A stretch of DNA of 64,000 nt, taken from the NCBI RefSeq assembly GCF_006345805.1, contig NC_043001.1, positions 67,146,001 to 67,210,000 of the forward strand, read 5' to 3'. This document shows, in pieces, positions 63,346 to 64,000 of this stretch (positions are counted from its first letter, which is position 1; every line of letters begins with the position of its first letter). Position numbers and translations under genes: made by a program. The notes below the pieces were generated by a model. The model was not told where the DNA came from. It ran no database searches and saw only the letters and a list, made by a program, of their open reading frames with translations. The DNA comes from Octopus sinensis. Taxonomy: Eukaryota.

Positions 63346-64000
63346 TGCAAAGAGAACCTTCTCTTCATTTAATTCTAATAAACTTCTACAATTGTTATTT
63401 AATGAAAATATGTCAGAAAGATAATAGATTATTTATTAATTTAAATATAATAATTATGTAATATAAAGAGAAACAATGAAATACTTCGAAATTATCATTT
63501 ATTCATTTCTCATTAGCAGTTACATTAAATTAACACTGGATATATTTATTTCAACACAAAACAGATGTTTGCATTTCTGAAACTCATTTCTGTAATTTTA
63601 TAGTTATGGAACTAACTTGTCATAAATGTATGTAAAATCAGACACACACACACACATGCATGAATTCATGTATGTGTGTGTATGTATGTGCATGTGTGTG
63701 TATATGTATATGCATGTATATGTGTATGTATATATGCATTTCTGTGTGTTTTATTTAAGTTCTTTACAGAATTCCAACCAATCACTAACAATGTGACATG
63801 GCTCTTTTGTTTAAATCAAAGCAGTTCCTGGAATTTGTGAATATGTGAATGTGTTAGTGGGTGTATATGTAAGTGAGTACTACATGGGTCAACTATGCGG
63901 AAAAGGAATAGGTAGGAACACCCAGTGTAAACTGTGGATGCACCACAGGGATAACAGAAAATAAACTTCACTTGCAGCAGACATCCAGTAATAAGTAAGA

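Overview
This is AT-rich, microsatellite-laden animal genomic DNA. The SINE and LINE families suggest an octopus (Octopus sp.); that assignment is inferred from repeat recognition, not from a search. Most of the window is intron of one minus-strand immunoglobulin-superfamily gene. Two clean phase-1 Ig-domain exons (42207-42491, 21413-21703) splice in frame, followed by a probable 69-bp stalk exon (8274-8342). The introns hold four tRNA-derived SINE families, RTE and CR1/L2 LINEs, three decayed Penelope-like elements (PLEs), mariner, piggyBac and pogo relics, and several MITEs. Nearly all ORFs in the supplied track are (TA)n/(CA)n/(ATT)n artefacts. The most striking hidden layer is RNA-level. 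I read about 13 type-I hammerhead ribozyme (HHR) motifs by eye (CUGANGA-stem II-GAAA-stem III-NUH-stem I), on both strands, in several unrelated short elements that mostly end in (TA)n. Two identical, well-formed HHRs sit 1310 nt apart in a tandem duplication, a retrozyme-like layout whose unit also carries SINE and CR1 3' tails. One 190-bp palindrome carries an HHR on each arm. Other observations include a SINE/CR1 shared 3' tail with a compensatorily changed hairpin, a PHD finger inside an RTE reverse transcriptase, and long inverted repeats that could form ADAR substrates. All folds and alignments were done by eye and need computational and experimental confirmation. Repeat boundaries are approximate.
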